Of a stretch of DNA of 64,000 nt, positions 17,757-27,408 are shown piece after piece. A program made the translations under genes and the position numbers. The notes beneath the pieces were generated by a model. It did no database searches. It was not told the origin of the DNA and was given only the letters and a program-made list of their open reading frames with translations. How positions within the stretch are numbered: position 1 is the first letter of the stretch; every line of letters begins with the position of its first letter. This stretch comes from Planctomycetota bacterium (GTDB lineage: Bacteria > Planctomycetota > B15-G4). The stretch is taken from NCBI GenBank assembly GCA_038212275.1, contig JBBQUR010000013.1, positions 32,001 through 96,000 on the forward strand, given 5' to 3'.

Positions 17757-20032
17757 CCGAGGCCAATCATCCTGAACCCACGCGCTACGGCGACACCATC
17801 ATCTTCCCCGCCAGCCTCGACCCGGAGGCGGTACACGTCGTGCGCCGGCTCTGCGAGGCAGGACTCGAGTCCTACCTCGTCGGCGGTTGCGTGCGCGACC
17901 TGCTCATGGGGCTGATCCCCAAGGACTTCGACATCTCCACCGAGGCGCGGCCCAGGCAGATCCGGCGGCTGTTCCGCAACAGCCGCATCATCGGCCGCCG
18001 CTTCAAGCTGGCGCACATCCACTTCGGAGACAAGGTCATCGAGGTGGCCACCTTCCGCCGCTCGCCGGACGGAAGCGGAAACGCCGACCGCGGATCCTCG
18101 CAGGACGAAGACCTGCTCATCACGCGCGACAACGAATTCGGTGACGCGCGCGAGGACACGCTGCGGCGCGACTTCACCATCAACGCGCTGCTCTACGACG
18201 TGCGCAGCGGCGAAGTCATCGACCACGTGGGCGGCGTCCACGACCTGAATGCGCGCACGTTGCGCACGATCGGTGACCCGGCCATCCGTCTCGCGGAAGA
18301 TCCGGTGCGCATGCTGCGCGCCGTGAAGTTCGCCGCGCGCCTCCAACTCGATTTCGATCCGGCACTGCAGGAGGCGATGGCCGCATCGGCAGAACTGATC
18401 CTCAAGAGCGCGCCGCCCCGTGTGCTCGAGGAGATCTTCAAGCTGCTCACGTGCGGCGCCGCGGAACGCGCGCTGCCGCTGCTCCAGAAGTACGAGTTGC
18501 TCGAGCGGCTCCTTCCGGACATCGCGGACTGCTGGCGCGACTGGCCGGCGGAGTTGAAGGCCACGGGCCACGCCCTCGATCTCATCGACCGGGGACAGCG
18601 ACGCGTCTCGAACGCCTTCCTGCTCGCAGCTCTGCTGCTGCGGCCCTGGCATGCTCGCGTCATGGCGGAGCCTGACGAGGACCCGATGCAGCCGGCGCAC
18701 GACCTGCTCGATCCTGTCGCACGTCACATGAACATCCCGCGGCGCGATGCAGCCATCGCCAAACACCTGCTGCTCGGCGTGCTGAGGCTGGAGCGCCCGC
18801 GGCGCGGTCGCCGCTCCCGCGGCATCGATCCGCATCGCGACGGCGGCGAGCCGCTGGCGCTCCTCTACCTGGGCGCGCTCACCGGCGTGCTCGACCCCGA
18901 ACTGCACGCGCGATGGATCCAGCGCATGCTCGACGAACCCGCTCACGGCAGTGCCGAGGACGAACACGACGGCGACGGCGCCTTCGGTGCGAACCTGCCC
19001 GACGGCGATGCCCTGCATGAGCACGAGGATTCCGTGTCGGGCGACCGGCCGCCGCGCCCACGGCGTCGTCGACGCGGTGGACGCCGTCGTGGCGGACGCA
19101 GCCGCGCCGAAGGCCGGGGGCCGGGCGACGCACCCGCAGGCCGGGAGTTTCCTGCAGGCGAGACTCAGGACGCTCGTGCCGACGACGGGCCGCACGACGC
19201 CGGGCCTCGGGGCCCCGGACCGGGCGACGATCGCGGTGATTCCGATGAGGCAGGCGACATGCCGCACGGCCAGGAGCCGGGCGCCGACCAGGGCCAGCCG
19301 GAACCGAGTCGCCGCCGACGGGGACGGCGCGGAGGACGTGGCCGGCGCCGGCGCGCGCAGGATGGCGAGCAGTCCTTCGGCAGCGACGAGCGCCCGATGA
19401 ACGCACAAGGCGCCGAAGAATGGCAGGGGCCGCTGCAGGAGCATCCCGACGGTATTGGCGTCTCCGAGGACACTGACCCGGCTTCGAGGAACGGCGTCGA
19501 TCGCTCCACCGACGAGTGGCAGGCACGCGATGGCCAGCAGCGTGCGTCGGGGACGCGCCCGGCAGACGGCGACCGGCAGGGCCAGGGCCGATCCCGCAGC
19601 CGTGGAGGACGACGTCGTCGTCGTGGTCGCTCGGGAGGAGGCTCCGGCAACCCGGCCGCCGGCGGTGCGCAGCCAGGGCCTGCCGACGCAGGCAACAACG
19701 GCGCGCGCGAGCATCACGAGGACCGTGGCGCGTCGCGCGATCCGGGCTCGCGTGGGGCTCCGCCCGACGAGGGTGGGCCCCGCACGGCTGGCGCCGACCC
19801 GCGCACGGATCAGCGTGGAGGCCAGCGCACCGGACAGCGAGAAGGCCAGCGAGCCGCTCAGCGCAGGGACGCAAGCCCGGCCGCTGCACGCGGACGTCGC
19901 GGCGGGAATCGCCCGCGACGCGACGACGACCGCCCGCGGCCGGGCGGCGATTCGCCGCGCAAAGAAGACACGACCACGCGCGGTCCGGGTCAACGCCATC
20001 CCGAAGACGTCGAGGACTTCTTCGACTGGTGA
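17753..20032 (+). CDS. pcnB: Poly(A) polymerase I with a long disordered Arg/Gly/Asp-rich C-terminal tail
   Basis: VGGCVRDLL..PKDFDIST, PAP signature IIGRRFKLAHI, EVATFR, RRDFTINAL, EDPVRMLRA. Confidence 0.92.
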   Translation: MTEANHPEPTRYGDTIIFPASLDPEAVHVVRRLCEAGLESYLVGGCVRDLLMGLIPKDFDISTEARPRQIRRLFRNSRIIGRRFKLAHIHFGDKVIEVATFRRSPDGSGNADRGSSQDEDLLITRDNEFGDAREDTLRRDFTINALLYDVRSGEVIDHVGGVHDLNARTLRTIGDPAIRLAEDPVRMLRAVKFAARLQLDFDPALQEAMAASAELILKSAPPRVLEEIFKLLTCGAAERALPLLQKYELLERLLPDIADCWRDWPAELKATGHALDLIDRGQRRVSNAFLLAALLLRPWHARVMAEPDEDPMQPAHDLLDPVARHMNIPRRDAAIAKHLLLGVLRLERPRRGRRSRGIDPHRDGGEPLALLYLGALTGVLDPELHARWIQRMLDEPAHGSAEDEHDGDGAFGANLPDGDALHEHEDSVSGDRPPRPRRRRRGGRRRGGRSRAEGRGPGDAPAGREFPAGETQDARADDGPHDAGPRGPGPGDDRGDSDEAGDMPHGQEPGADQGQPEPSRRRRGRRGGRGRRRRAQDGEQSFGSDERPMNAQGAEEWQGPLQEHPDGIGVSEDTDPASRNGVDRSTDEWQARDGQQRASGTRPADGDRQGQGRSRSRGGRRRRRGRSGGGSGNPAAGGAQPGPADAGNNGAREHHEDRGASRDPGSRGAPPDEGGPRTAGADPRTDQRGGQRTGQREGQRAAQRRDASPAAARGRRGGNRPRRDDDRPRPGGDSPRKEDTTTRGPGQRHPEDVEDFFDW

Positions 20033-20093
20033 GCCGTGAATACGTTGCGCACGTCGGCAGGCCCGGCGTGCGCGACGCCTCCCTTGCCGGCGG

Positions 20094-20858
20094 TCAGTGC
20101 GGGTTGAAGCGCGAGCCGTCCAGCTTGCGGCACGACTGGCAGCGCAAGGCATCGAGGCCGCGCACGTGCGCCGATCCGGACACGCTGCGTACCGTGAAGC
20201 GATGGCCTTCCCGCAGCGGGATGGCCCGCACGTCATTGTCGTACACGAGCACCGCCGGGCCACGAAGCACCGACACCTCCACGGGTTCCTCGCCCGACAG
20301 AAGCAGCGGCTCGAAGATCTCCGTGCTGTTGTTGAACGCGACGCCGAGTCCACGCTCAACCACGCTGCGGGTGATGCTGCGGTAGTAGCCGGTGCTTCCG
20401 AACGGCGTCGCGAAGACGACCCCGTCGCCCGTGATCTCGGCCGTGCGAAGTCCGTTGACGTGCAGCGCGAACCTCACCGCGGTGGCCGGGCTCTCGTTCC
20501 GCATCACGATGTCATTCATGGCGAGGAAGCGTGCTCCCGCGATTTGCAGTTCCAGCTTCCCGAGCGCCTCGTCCTTCAATTCCCCCGCCTGCAGTCGTCG
20601 CAGGATGGCCCCAAGCTGGTGGTCGGGACACAGTCGCGCCCGCGCACCGACACGTGCGGGCACCTTGGGAACGGATGGCCAGTCGCGCTCGGCGCGCAGC
20701 AACGTGCCATCCCCGCCGTGGCAGAGCACGACGTCGGGCTCGCCGGCCACCACGGCAAGGCCGGCCTCGGCCGCCAGGGTCGCCGCCCCACGCGGGTCCT
20801 CGCCTGCAACCAGCAACCGGCGGCCCTCGTTGGCTGATTCGGCACCCTTGGGGCTCAT
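20094..20858 (-). CDS. nadK: NAD(+) kinase
   Basis: HGGDGTLL, AMND, GDGVVFATPFGSTGY motifs. Confidence 0.85.
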   Translation of the reverse strand: MSPKGAESANEGRRLLVAGEDPRGAATLAAEAGLAVVAGEPDVVLCHGGDGTLLRAERDWPSVPKVPARVGARARLCPDHQLGAILRRLQAGELKDEALGKLELQIAGARFLAMNDIVMRNESPATAVRFALHVNGLRTAEITGDGVVFATPFGSTGYYRSITRSVVERGLGVAFNNSTEIFEPLLLSGEEPVEVSVLRGPAVLVYDNDVRAIPLREGHRFTVRSVSGSAHVRGLDALRCQSCRKLDGSRFNPH

Positions 20859-22246
20859 GGCGCCGTCCCCGCGCGTCGGCCGAGCAGTGCGCCAAGCACG
20901 AGGTCGTGCACGGCGCGCAGGTCGGCTCCGTCCGGAGGCAGGTCGACGTCGGCGCTGCCGATGACGAGCGGCCAGAGCGCCGGATCCGCCGGCACGTGGC
21001 CGTGGCTGCCGGCAACAGGCGAAGGATCGAGCGGGATCACGTCGAGCAGATTCCGGAAGCCGAGCTTGCGCGCCAGCAGGCGACGAGCGATGCGCAGTTT
21101 CGGTGCGCGGAGCGCGGGATCAAGCAGCAACTCCGCCGGGTCGTATCCGGGCTTGCGGTGAATGTCGACGGTGCGCGCGAAGTCCGGGGCACGCCGATCC
21201 TCCAACCAGTAGGGATAGGCGAACCAGGCATCCGGCTGTGCCTCGAGCACCAACTGGCCTGCGCGGGAATGATCCAGTCCGGCCCGATGGCGATCGACTC
21301 CGGTCAGCACGCGACGCACCTCGGGCATTTCGCCGAGCAGGCGCCCCACCAGGGACACATCCGCCGGATCGGCGACGTACACGTGGGCCACTTGATGGTC
21401 GCAGACCGCGAAGGCCCGACTCGCGCCGGCATCCATCGTTTCGCCCACCGATTCCTGCCAGAGCGCCGTGAGCAGGCCGGCCTGGCGAAGCACCCTATTG
21501 GGATACGCCACCCGTGACACGTTCCCGATCCCGTACTCCGAAACGACGAGCACCGCGTAGCCGGCCGCGACCGCCGCATCCACCAGGCGCCCTGCCTCGG
21601 CATCCACGGCCGCCGCTTCGACACCCACGCGCGGATGTCCCGGGCCATGCGTCTGGAGCACGTAGTCCAGGTGCGGGAGGTAGGCCAGCATCAGGTCCGG
21701 TGCGTCCTCCGCCAGGACGTCAAGACTCGCGTCCACGATCCAGCGGGTGGAGGTCACGTCCGCCATCGGTCCCCAGAAATGGAACAGCGGGAACGGGCCG
21801 AGGCGCTCTTCCAAGCGACCGCGCAGCGATGCAGGCCGGGTGTACACGCCCGGCACCTTGCGGCCGTCCGCAGGGTATTCGGGGCGCGGGGTGACCGACC
21901 ATTGCGCGCTGGAGTACATGTTGAACCACCAGAACATCTGCGCCACGCGCAGATCCGGCCGCCGCTCGCGCGCCGTGTCCCAGACCACGGGAGCCTGCAG
22001 GAGCCGGTGACTCTGCCGCCAGAAGAGCACTTCGGACAAGTCGTGGAAGTACCAGCCGTTGCCGACGATGCCGTGCCGTTCGGGCCACTGCCCCGTCAGC
22101 ATCGTGGCCTGGCTGGTGCAGGTGACGGCCGGCAGCGAGGGCGCCAGCGAACGCTGCCATCCCGACCGAGCCAGCGCGGTCAGGCGCGGCCCGAGCAAGC
22201 CCGGAACCAGTCCCACCACATCGAGCAGCAGCAGGCGTCCGGGCAT
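20855..22246 (-). CDS. Alkaline phosphatase superfamily nucleotide pyrophosphatase/phosphodiesterase, EboF-like
   Basis: PAVTCTSQATMLTG, HGIVGNGWY, FWWFNMY, YLPHLDY, VSEYG, DIHRKPGYDP, GSHG. Confidence 0.88.
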   Translation of the reverse strand: MPGRLLLLDVVGLVPGLLGPRLTALARSGWQRSLAPSLPAVTCTSQATMLTGQWPERHGIVGNGWYFHDLSEVLFWRQSHRLLQAPVVWDTARERRPDLRVAQMFWWFNMYSSAQWSVTPRPEYPADGRKVPGVYTRPASLRGRLEERLGPFPLFHFWGPMADVTSTRWIVDASLDVLAEDAPDLMLAYLPHLDYVLQTHGPGHPRVGVEAAAVDAEAGRLVDAAVAAGYAVLVVSEYGIGNVSRVAYPNRVLRQAGLLTALWQESVGETMDAGASRAFAVCDHQVAHVYVADPADVSLVGRLLGEMPEVRRVLTGVDRHRAGLDHSRAGQLVLEAQPDAWFAYPYWLEDRRAPDFARTVDIHRKPGYDPAELLLDPALRAPKLRIARRLLARKLGFRNLLDVIPLDPSPVAGSHGHVPADPALWPLVIGSADVDLPPDGADLRAVHDLVLGALLGRRAGTAP

Positions 22247-22423
22247 GACGCCGAGCATAACCGCGTCGAAGCGCGCTTTCCGGCCGTCAGGCGATGCTCA
22301 TACGAACCGGCAGTCCGAGCATGGTCACCCACCGGGCGAAGCATCTGGCGCACACGAGTCGCGGCGATCCGCAACGACGGCGCCGATCGGTGAACGGCGC
22401 CGGATCGGCGACGCGCGCAGGGC

Positions 22424-22996
22424 TTACTTCGGGCCGGCTCCCTGAGCGCCGCCCACGCCAACCTTGACGTCCGCATCCGAGGGGGTGCCGCCGGTGCCGG
22501 TCGACCCGGCCTCGACCGCGCTGGCACCGGCATCAACCGGCGCCGCGGCCTTGGCAATGTTGCGCTTCGGCCCCAGCTTCTGACCCGGCACCGTCCTGGC
22601 CTTCTTGATCGGCAGCGTCGGAATCTGCTTCAACTGCGACATGGCGTAGATCTTCTCGCCGAAGCGCCCCCGGCCTTCGATCAGGTCGCCATGGTAGTAG
22701 GTCGGCTCGCCGTTCTCGTCCTCGACCATGAATGTATTGGGCGACACTTCCTTGCCGGTCTGGCGGATGCGGGCCAACTCCCGCTTGCCCTTCTCGATGT
22801 TGTTCTTGATGCGGATGTCGTGCGGGGACAACGCGACGAAACCCACGGAGTCCCCCTGATCGGAGTGCGTGAGAACCGCAGTATCGCCATTGTCGGCGCG
22901 GGATCCGGTGGCCATCCAGGCAAAGCCGCCGATCAGCAGCGCAAGGGCCACAAGCACGGCAGCTGACGTCATCGCGGGATTCTTCAAGGGAGGCAC
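22424..22996 (-). CDS. Hypothetical membrane-anchored protein
   Basis: 190-aa ORF with N-terminal TM helix, Lys-rich globular part and typical codon bias. Confidence 0.65.
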   Translation of the reverse strand: MPPLKNPAMTSAAVLVALALLIGGFAWMATGSRADNGDTAVLTHSDQGDSVGFVALSPHDIRIKNNIEKGKRELARIRQTGKEVSPNTFMVEDENGEPTYYHGDLIEGRGRFGEKIYAMSQLKQIPTLPIKKARTVPGQKLGPKRNIAKAAAPVDAGASAVEAGSTGTGGTPSDADVKVGVGGAQGAGPK

Positions 22997-23196
22997 CTCG
23001 GCAGCGGGGTCGGGATCGAGATCAGGGGGAGCACAGAGCGGCGGGAGACTGGGGACGTCACCCGGATTCGGGGTCCGGATTCTAACGCATCGGCCGGAAC
23101 ATGAAACGGAACCAGCACTCAGCCGTTGGAGCCGTTGTTACGATAGTCCGATATCGAACGGTCGGAAGAACGAACTTGACGGAGGTTCTCACGCTC

Positions 23197-24375
23197 ATGC
23201 CACGCCGCCCACTGCTTGCCATGCTCCAGTCCTGCGCGCCAACAGCCGCGCTCATCTGCCTGCTGTCGTGCGCTCCTGCGGCCGGGCAGGCCGCTGCTCC
23301 GGCGCCAGCCCCGGCCCCGGCACCTTCGGCGCCGGCACCTGTCGCCGAGCCCCAGGCCGTGCTGGTGAGTCTCCTGGCCGAACCCGCAATCGTGGACTTC
23401 GGTGACGTGTTCGACGGCGAACCCGCCCGGTCGACGGTCAAGTTCACCAACACGTCGAAGGCTGACTGGGCCGTCTCCAAGGTCGCCACGACCTGCGGCT
23501 GCACTGTCGCGACAGTGCACGGTCCCGACGGCGCCGAACTCCCGGCGCATCCCGTGGACCCCAACTTTCCCATGGTCACGCTCAAGCCGGGCGAGTCGCT
23601 CGTCGTGGACGTCGAGATGATGACCACGAACCAGCACGGAGCCGTCGAGAAGGGGCTGCAGGTTTACCCTGTCGACCCTGCGCTGACGATGGTCACCGTG
23701 CCTGTGCGTGCCCGCGTCAGCAAGGCGTTCGCGGTCAGTCCCGACTCGCTGAACCTGCTCACCCTCAGCAAGAGCGGTCGCATCGAACGTGAAGTCGTCA
23801 TCGAGGCGCAGACATTGGGTGACTGGACGATCGACGGATTCGAGTCGGCCATCGAAGGGAAGCCCCTGCCCGACTGCATCGCCTTCGAAGTGCTCGACAA
23901 GGAAGGCAGTCGCCGCCGCATCAAGCTCGTGTCGGACGGACCGCGCCCCGTGGGCCCCATGACGGTGAAAGTGCGCGTCAAGCTCGGGCACGAAAAGGTC
24001 AAGGGCGTTGAATTCTTCGTCTACGGCGTCGTTCAGCCGGATGTCACGTTCAGCTCCGGCCATCCGCAGTTTCCGGAGAGCATCAGCTTCGACCAGATGG
24101 AGCCGGGCTCCAAGGTGACGAAGACCCTGACGATCAAGAACGGCGATCCGAGCGTGCCCTATGTGCTCGAGAGCGTGGACATTCAGTCGCCGAAACCGCA
24201 GTTTTTCGTGACCTCGATTCGAACCATCGAGGAAGGCGTCAGCTACGAGGTTGACGTCACGGCCGATGCGACGGTGGGCGACGCCTTCTTCCGCGGCAAC
24301 CTCGTGCTGCACGCCAAGCACCCGGACCTGCCGTCCCGCGTCGTGCCGTTCCACGGCTGGGTGCGAAAGGGATGA
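23197..24375 (+). CDS. Secreted DUF1573/Ig-like domain protein
   Basis: GGAGG SD at 23181; signal peptide, Pro/Ala linker, VDFGDV..FTN and TTCGCT (DUF1573 hallmark), repeated beta-rich domains. Confidence 0.8.
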   Translation: MPRRPLLAMLQSCAPTAALICLLSCAPAAGQAAAPAPAPAPAPSAPAPVAEPQAVLVSLLAEPAIVDFGDVFDGEPARSTVKFTNTSKADWAVSKVATTCGCTVATVHGPDGAELPAHPVDPNFPMVTLKPGESLVVDVEMMTTNQHGAVEKGLQVYPVDPALTMVTVPVRARVSKAFAVSPDSLNLLTLSKSGRIEREVVIEAQTLGDWTIDGFESAIEGKPLPDCIAFEVLDKEGSRRRIKLVSDGPRPVGPMTVKVRVKLGHEKVKGVEFFVYGVVQPDVTFSSGHPQFPESISFDQMEPGSKVTKTLTIKNGDPSVPYVLESVDIQSPKPQFFVTSIRTIEEGVSYEVDVTADATVGDAFFRGNLVLHAKHPDLPSRVVPFHGWVRKG

Positions 24376-24439
24376 TCGGTCTGCCGCGCGCCAAGGCCCT
24401 GCCCTCGGCCTGCGGCGCAGCCCCGGTCAGCGAGACGTC

Positions 24440-26050
24440 ATGATCACGGAACCCGGCGGGCGACGCATGCGGCGGCGCCCGACCGTGAGCAGCATGCCAA
24501 TCGCCGCGCTGGCGCTCGGACTGGTCGCGCTCCTCGGCAGCCAGATCGGTCTGGCAGGCTGCAGCGAACTGGTCGGGGACGAGGCACTCACGCTGATCCT
24601 CGTGTCGGTCGACACCACCCGACCGGATCACCTGTCCGCCTGCGGCTACTCGAAATCCACGACACCCACCCTGGCACGGCTGGCGAGCGAAGGCGCGGTG
24701 TTGACGAACATGCGTTCGTCGACCTCCTGGACCCTGCCCTCGCACATGTCGCTGTTCACGGGCCAGCCGCCCGCGGTGCACGACGTGGTCATCGATTTCA
24801 GGCGCCTCGACGCCAGCCGCCGCACGATGGGCGAGATCTTCCACGATGCCGGCTTCCGCACGATGGGAGTCTTCTCGGCGCCTTACGTGCACGGTCATTT
24901 CGGCTTTGCGCGCGGCATGGACTTCTACGAGCGGGCCACGCAGGACCCGATGATGTTCGACCTGACCTCCGAGCAGATGAAGGCGCAGCTCGGGATGCTC
25001 GAACGACGGTCTCACACGGAAGTGACCAGCAGCCTCGTCGTGGATCGCGCGCTGAACATGATGGAGCACATGGCGCGCGACAGGAATCTCCTGTTCCTGC
25101 ACTTCTTCGACCCCCACTACGATTACAACGCGCCGCCGCGCTTCCTGAAAGCCTTCGCCGACCCGGCGTACCGCGGTCCCGTGACAGGCCACAACGTGAC
25201 CGATCCGAACATCGTGCACGACGGCATGCCGGCAGAGGATCTCGCTCAAGTGGAGGCCCTGTACGACGCCGAGATCGCCTACGTGGACGACAACCTGCGC
25301 CGACTCATCGAGATGATCGAGGCGTCACCCCGCGCGAAGCAGACCGTGCTCATCGTCACGAGCGACCATGGAGAGGAGTTCTTCGAGCACGGCCGCTACG
25401 GGCATCGGGCGACGCTCGACGACGAGGTCATCCGCGTGCCGTGCATCGTGTGGGCGCCAGGTCGCGTGGCGCCCGGCACCGTGGTGGATGCGGAAGTCGC
25501 GAACTACGACATCCTCCCGACGATGATGGACTACGCCGGCATTCCGCCGGAGCCGGGCATCTACGGCCGCAGCCTGCGCCCGCTCATCGAAGGCCACGCC
25601 CTGCCGCCGCGGCCGGTCACGTCGGCACTGTCCTCCTTTCCGCCGGATCCGAAGGGCTTCTTCGTGCAGCTCGACTCCATGGTGTTCCACGGTCTCAAGC
25701 TGATCCGCACCATCCATGTCCCGTGGAACACCACCAATGAGCGCGACCTCGGCGGCACGCCCGACCCCACCACCGAAAAGATCGAGATCTTCGACCTCGG
25801 CCTGGACCCGCAGGAATTGCACGACCTCGCCGGGTCCGATGACCCTCGGCTCCCCGACCTCCTCCGGGCCTTCGATGCGGAGCACGCCAGCCAGGCCGCC
25901 GCGCACGATGCCATCCAACCTCGAGGCGCCGGCGAGGACCCGTTCAAGGATCTGACGCAGAGGGAACTGCTGCAGAGCGTCGGCTACCTCGAGGGGCCAA
26001 GCGGTGCCCATGCCTCCGGAACGGCGCGACCTGACGGCGCCGCGCGCTGA
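24440..26050 (+). CDS. Sulfatase-like hydrolase/transferase, possibly lipoprotein
   Basis: ILVSVDTTRPDH, TTPTL, SWTLPSHMSLFTG, HFFDPH, YDAEIAYVD, TSDHGEEF; exact start uncertain (24440, 24467 or 24494). Confidence 0.88.
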   Translation: MITEPGGRRMRRRPTVSSMPIAALALGLVALLGSQIGLAGCSELVGDEALTLILVSVDTTRPDHLSACGYSKSTTPTLARLASEGAVLTNMRSSTSWTLPSHMSLFTGQPPAVHDVVIDFRRLDASRRTMGEIFHDAGFRTMGVFSAPYVHGHFGFARGMDFYERATQDPMMFDLTSEQMKAQLGMLERRSHTEVTSSLVVDRALNMMEHMARDRNLLFLHFFDPHYDYNAPPRFLKAFADPAYRGPVTGHNVTDPNIVHDGMPAEDLAQVEALYDAEIAYVDDNLRRLIEMIEASPRAKQTVLIVTSDHGEEFFEHGRYGHRATLDDEVIRVPCIVWAPGRVAPGTVVDAEVANYDILPTMMDYAGIPPEPGIYGRSLRPLIEGHALPPRPVTSALSSFPPDPKGFFVQLDSMVFHGLKLIRTIHVPWNTTNERDLGGTPDPTTEKIEIFDLGLDPQELHDLAGSDDPRLPDLLRAFDAEHASQAAAHDAIQPRGAGEDPFKDLTQRELLQSVGYLEGPSGAHASGTARPDGAAR

Positions 26051-27372
26051 TGACCAGGCGCCGCGGGGGCCGACGGGCGTTGGGCGTGGCCCTCCTGCTT
26101 GTCCTGCTGGAACTCTCACTTCAGGCGGCCGGGCCGCTCGTCCAGCGGCTCATGGCGAGGCGCGATCCCGATCCGTCGCCCGATGCGAGGCTGACCATCC
26201 TGTGCGTTGGTGACAGCAACACCTACGGGCTGAGCCTGCCGCAGCTGTATGCCTATCCAGCCCTGCTGCAATCGCGGCTGGAGCAGCGCTTCCACCGGCC
26301 CGTCACGGTGGCCAATCGCGGAGTGCCCGGCCACAACACGGCGCAGGTGCTCGCCGCCCTGCCTCAGGACCTGGCCGACACGCACCCGGATCTCGTGCTG
26401 GTGCTCTGCGGCATCAACGACGCCTGGAACACGTCCGGCGAGGAGCGCGGACTCGTCGGATTCTTCGAGAAGCTCAAGCTCGTGCGCCTCGTGCGCGTCC
26501 TGATGTCGGGCGTCACGACTGCGGCGCCCTTCGCGGTCCGTTCCGACGAGCGAGGCGAATTCACCGTGGACCGTGGCAAGGGCGAGGAGCGCGTCAACGT
26601 GACGTCCACGGGGCTGGCCGTGCGCGCCGGCGAGGCGCTGCAGCAGCACGTGCGCGACGGCCTGACGGCCATCGTCGACCGATGTGCGGATGCAGGCGCC
26701 ACGCCGGTGCTCATGACCTACGCGGAGTCCGAGGGCGAATTTTCAGGCATCAACGCCACGTCGCGTGCACTGGCCGACGACCGAGGCCTGCTGCTCGTGG
26801 ATCACGAGCGGGCCTTCGGGGAGCGCTTCGGCACCGAAGGCCGCGAGGCGCTCATGTTCAACGATCACCACCCCAACGTGCGCGGCTACCAGCTCATGGC
26901 GGAACGGGTCGACGCCGTGCTCACGGCGGCGGGATGGGCTCCGCCGCTGGACGATTCGGTGGCGCCCGACACGACCGCGGAGGGGCAGCCCGCAACGGAC
27001 GCCGACATGGCACCCGCGCTGCTGAAGCTTCTTCCGGACGACCGACTGCGGCTCGACGGCCCCGCGGGGACCGCCTTCCTCGTGCTGCTGTCGCACGCCC
27101 CGGCCCCCGGCGGCGGCTTCGACGTGGACGGGCTGCACGTGCCCCTGGTCGACGACGAGGTCATGGCCATGTCGCGCATGGAGCCGGGCTTCTCGGGCCG
27201 GCTCGATGCGCTGGGACACGCCGAAATCCGCATCCCGCCTCGGCTGGTCGCCGCCGCCGGAAACGCCGGTCTCGTGGCCTGCATGCTGCTGCTCCGCGAC
27301 CCGGCCGCCGCCGCGGCACCCGGCGGCAGGGCGCTCCTGAGCGCCTCGGAGATGGTCGTCGTCGTCCCCTGA
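26050..27372 (+). CDS. SGNH/GDSL hydrolase with extra C-terminal domain
   Basis: Blocks GDSNTYG, NRGVPG, CGIND and NDHHPN; N-terminal TM helix. Confidence 0.85.
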   Translation: MTRRRGGRRALGVALLLVLLELSLQAAGPLVQRLMARRDPDPSPDARLTILCVGDSNTYGLSLPQLYAYPALLQSRLEQRFHRPVTVANRGVPGHNTAQVLAALPQDLADTHPDLVLVLCGINDAWNTSGEERGLVGFFEKLKLVRLVRVLMSGVTTAAPFAVRSDERGEFTVDRGKGEERVNVTSTGLAVRAGEALQQHVRDGLTAIVDRCADAGATPVLMTYAESEGEFSGINATSRALADDRGLLLVDHERAFGERFGTEGREALMFNDHHPNVRGYQLMAERVDAVLTAAGWAPPLDDSVAPDTTAEGQPATDADMAPALLKLLPDDRLRLDGPAGTAFLVLLSHAPAPGGGFDVDGLHVPLVDDEVMAMSRMEPGFSGRLDALGHAEIRIPPRLVAAAGNAGLVACMLLLRDPAAAAAPGGRALLSASEMVVVVP

Positions 27373-27408
27373 CCCCGCCACGGTGTGGCGTGCCGTCACG
27401 CCGACGGA

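Noticed and set aside
8313..20032. Split CC-adding plus A-adding tRNA nucleotidyltransferase pair
   Set aside because: The first enzyme retains the flexible loop (RRDLGGTDGRHP) and the second carries the PAP signature IIGRRF, so CCA enzyme plus poly(A) polymerase is simpler.
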